Shown: in pieces, positions 17,729 through 20,000 of the stretch | Numbering within the stretch: the stretch's first letter is position 1 | Layout of the letters: every line of letters starts with the position of its first letter | IMG/VR virus record: IMGVR_UViG_3300044617_001027 | From: an uncultured virus (IMG/VR IMGVR_UViG_3300044617_001027) | Taxonomy: Duplodnaviria; Heunggongvirae; Uroviricota; Caudoviricetes | Length of the DNA: 20,000 nt | Direction: 5' to 3' (one strand) | Made by a program: the position numbers and the translations under genes | Notes under the pieces: model-generated | Databases searched by the model: none | Told to the model about the DNA's origin: nothing | Seen by the model: the letters and a program-made list of their open reading frames with translations, nothing else

Positions 17729-18667
17729 ATGGCAACTTGGAAAAAAATACTAGTTAGTGGATCTAGCGCACATGTATCAGCTGTAACGGCATCAAATCTT
17801 ACAGATACTAATATATTAATGTCCGGACCCGGTGGAAGGATAAAAAATACAGGATTTACTTATGGTTCCGGCAAACTTAACCTAGGAAATACTATCGTTT
17901 CCGGGTCTATTTTTTCTGGTTCTTTTGTTGGAAATGGTTCGGGATTAACAGGACTTGTAACTTCTTTGAAAATAAGCGGATCTACAGGTAATGATGTATT
18001 AGATTTAAAGGTAGATAAACTATCTGTATTAGGAGGCACAACTCCTATTACAACTACCGTAACAGATAATACCGTAACTATAAATATCGCTAATGCTGCT
18101 GCCGATGGAACAACAAAAGGTTTAGCTACTTTTGATACAGATGATTTTGATGCTAGTAGCGGATTAATAACTCTTGGCAATTCTGCCAATGGTGCTGTAC
18201 TACAAGTTTCAGGTACATTAAGCGAAATTGATATAACTAGAAGTAATGGTTTAGTTACCGTTGGTCTCCCTAATGATGTCGTTATAACTAATGATTTAAC
18301 TGTAGGAGGAGACTTGGTTGTAAATGGAGATTTGACGTACCTTAATGTAGCTAACCTAGCTGTTGAGGATGCTTTTATACTACTTAAATCCGGATCATCA
18401 ACCGTAGGAGATTCAGGTATTATTTTTGGAGGTAGTACAGGTATAGCCCAGAGTGGTTCTGCTTTAGTATGGGATGGTAGTTATAATACAAATGATGGTC
18501 GATTGTCTGTAGTAGGAAATCTAGGAGCTAATACAACCGGAACTGTTTCACCTTCTTATTATGTTGCTGGAGTTTATGAGGGTTCCGAAATTAATGCGGC
18601 AACAAATAAAGCAGACCATCCAGGAAATATAAGAATAGATAATTCAGAAATTTTTATATATGTTTAA
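17729..18667 (+). CDS. Fibre-like virion structural protein (312 aa)
   Basis: G/S/T-rich; MATWKKILVSGS N-terminus; SGSF.GNGSGLTGL; 'DLTVGGDLVVNGD......NL.VED..I.L' beta-repeat typical of large-phage fibre proteins. Confidence 0.65.
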   Translation: MATWKKILVSGSSAHVSAVTASNLTDTNILMSGPGGRIKNTGFTYGSGKLNLGNTIVSGSIFSGSFVGNGSGLTGLVTSLKISGSTGNDVLDLKVDKLSVLGGTTPITTTVTDNTVTINIANAAADGTTKGLATFDTDDFDASSGLITLGNSANGAVLQVSGTLSEIDITRSNGLVTVGLPNDVVITNDLTVGGDLVVNGDLTYLNVANLAVEDAFILLKSGSSTVGDSGIIFGGSTGIAQSGSALVWDGSYNTNDGRLSVVGNLGANTTGTVSPSYYVAGVYEGSEINAATNKADHPGNIRIDNSEIFIYV

Positions 18668-18677
18668 AAAATTAGTA

Positions 18678-18905
18678 ATGGGTATTATTCAAAAAGTTTC
18701 AAACAGAACAAAAGAAATTAATTCTTCTTATGATTTATCTAAAAAAATTAATTCTACAGTATCTTTAACGACAAGAGAAGTAGAGTTTATTTTAACTACA
18801 TTAGGAGAATCTAGTATGCAAATAAAACAAATAGACTTTGTTTATAGTTTAATATTAAAATTACAAAGTTATTACGAAGAATTAAAAAATAATAATGTAA
18901 AATAA
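18678..18905 (+). CDS. Small hypothetical protein (~75 aa), possible fibre assembly helper
   Basis: ORF between two fibre genes; helical C-terminus LT..EVEFIL..L......IDFVYSLILKLQ. Start at ATG 18678 avoids the overlap of the ORF-track start at 18660. Function inferred from position only. Confidence 0.6.
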   Translation: MGIIQKVSNRTKEINSSYDLSKKINSTVSLTTREVEFILTTLGESSMQIKQIDFVYSLILKLQSYYEELKNNNVK

Positions 18906-18913
18906 TTATAAAA

Positions 18914-18971
18914 TTTATTATTGGCCCTATGGGGAAGTGGGCTTCGAATAGAAGTAACCAACCATAATAAA
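18914..18971 (+). ncRNA. Candidate structured cis-regulatory RNA (three-way junction) in the leader of the collagen fibre gene
   Basis: About 50% GC core in an AT-rich spacer; nested stems TTTATTAT(T)GG/CCATAATAAA, CCC/GGG and TGG-GCTTC/GAAGT-AA-CCA; no U tract. Confidence 0.4.
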
Positions 18972-18981
18972 ACATAAATAA

Positions 18982-20000
18982 ATGCCAAACTGGAAAAAAG
19001 TTTTAGTTAGTGGCTCAAACGCAGAGCTTAATAGATTAAATATATCTACATCATTTACAGCAAGTGGTTTATTATACCCTACATCAGATGGAATTTCTGG
19101 ACAAGTTTTAGGAACTGATGGTTTAGGTAATTTATCATTTAGTAATGTAACAATAGCCCAGGTAAGTACTGTAGCTGCATCTTTTTCCGCTACCTCATCT
19201 ATAACAGTACCTCATAATTTCAATTCTAAAAATGTAATAGTATCGGCTTATGATAATTCTGATTTTTATTTTGTTCCCGAAACTATAAATTTACTTGATA
19301 ATAATAGAGTAAAATTAACATTCTCTAACCCATCTACAGGACATGTTGTAGTGGCTAAGGGAGGTCATATAGTTAGTGCAAGTATGCAAGGAAACCAAGG
19401 ACTTGTAGGCCCACAAGGATTTCAAGGACTTAGAGGTTTTCAAGGTTTTCAAGGTTTCCAAGGTATTCAAGGTATTCAAGGCCCTATAAGAGAAGTTAGC
19501 GAGGTATCCACAGTATCTGCATCTTTTTCCGCTACCTCTTCCATAACAGTAACACACAATTTTAATTCAAAAAGTGTCGTTGTTTCTGCTTATGATGCTT
19601 CTGATTTTTACTTCGTACCTAACCAAATTAAATTACTAGACAATAATAGAGTAAAACTATCTTTTACTAGCCCATCAACAGGATATGTAGTTGTAGCAAA
19701 AGGAGGACATATTGTTAGTGGTAGTTTATATATAGCCGGCCCACAAGGTCTACAAGGCACTACAGGAGCTCAAGGCTCACAAGGAAATCAAGGTATTCAA
19801 GGTATTCAAGGAACCAACGGAACAGTAGGCACACAGGGTTTTCAAGGCAATCAAGGCCCGCAGGGTAATCAAGGACCGCAAGGTAATCAGGGAATACAGG
19901 GCATACAAGGTACAGTAGGTACTCAAGGTTTCCAAGGCAATCAAGGACCACAGGGAAATCAAGGTCCGACAGGAGTACAAGGAACTAACGGAACGGTAGG
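18982..20000 (+). CDS. Collagen-like (GXQ) tail/appendage fibre protein; partial, continues past the right edge
   Basis: Not in the ORF track. Translated by hand: MPNWKKVLVSGSNAELNRL...YPTSDG.SGQVL.TDG.GNLSF..., two ~74-aa repeats (19162-19383 and 19504-19725; ITV.HNFNSK.V.VSAYD..DFYFVP..I.LLDNNRVKL.F..PSTG.VVVAKGGH) separated by GXQ triplets, then continuous GXQ/GXX triplets from 19738 to the end. Confidence 0.85.
   Translation, partial: MPNWKKVLVSGSNAELNRLNISTSFTASGLLYPTSDGISGQVLGTDGLGNLSFSNVTIAQVSTVAASFSATSSITVPHNFNSKNVIVSAYDNSDFYFVPETINLLDNNRVKLTFSNPSTGHVVVAKGGHIVSASMQGNQGLVGPQGFQGLRGFQGFQGFQGIQGIQGPIREVSEVSTVSASFSATSSITVTHNFNSKSVVVSAYDASDFYFVPNQIKLLDNNRVKLSFTSPSTGYVVVAKGGHIVSGSLYIAGPQGLQGTTGAQGSQGNQGIQGIQGTNGTVGTQGFQGNQGPQGNQGPQGNQGIQGIQGTVGTQGFQGNQGPQGNQGPTGVQGTNGTV

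Noticed and set aside
15295..19980. Minus-strand ORFs at 15295, 16723, 16917, 17860, 19315, 19760 and 19777
   Set aside because: Antisense shadows of the plus-strand hypothetical and fibre/collagen genes.
1..20000. Stop-codon reassignment, tRNAs, introns/inteins, DGR or integrase
   Set aside because: Genes tile the window in code 11 without fragmentation. I saw no cloverleaf, splicing, reverse-transcriptase or recombinase motifs, and the fibre duplications differ mostly at synonymous sites rather than by adenine-specific changes.

Overview
AT-rich, gene-dense segment of a large contractile-tailed (T4-like/jumbo myovirus-type) bacteriophage, probably infecting a Bacteroidota host (TAnnTTTG promoter, no Shine-Dalgarno sites). 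It reads cleanly in genetic code 11. The left ~14.3 kb is on the minus strand: a membrane/AT-hook protein, a degenerate HD-domain protein and a small membrane protein, then a terminator-like hairpin, a gp55-like late sigma factor and a baseplate module (gp5-like spike, gp25, gp6/BplJ, a DNRLRE-like protein, a collagen/Gly-rich protein, and a gp7-like wedge protein running off the left edge). After an ACAT/ATGT-dense divergent intergenic region (~14.35-14.75 kb), the plus strand carries three small hypothetical genes and a fibre/appendage cluster (S74-chaperoned collagen fibre, SGS-motif proteins, and a GXQ collagen fibre running off the right edge). Most notable: an HD-fold protein that has lost all its apparent metal ligands; a membrane protein with an HMGA-type AT-hook and a slippery A9 tract that could switch its C-terminus; a compact GC-rich three-way-junction candidate RNA just upstream of a fibre gene; and the ACATGT-rich divergence region. 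All product calls are from motif recognition by eye; no searches were run.
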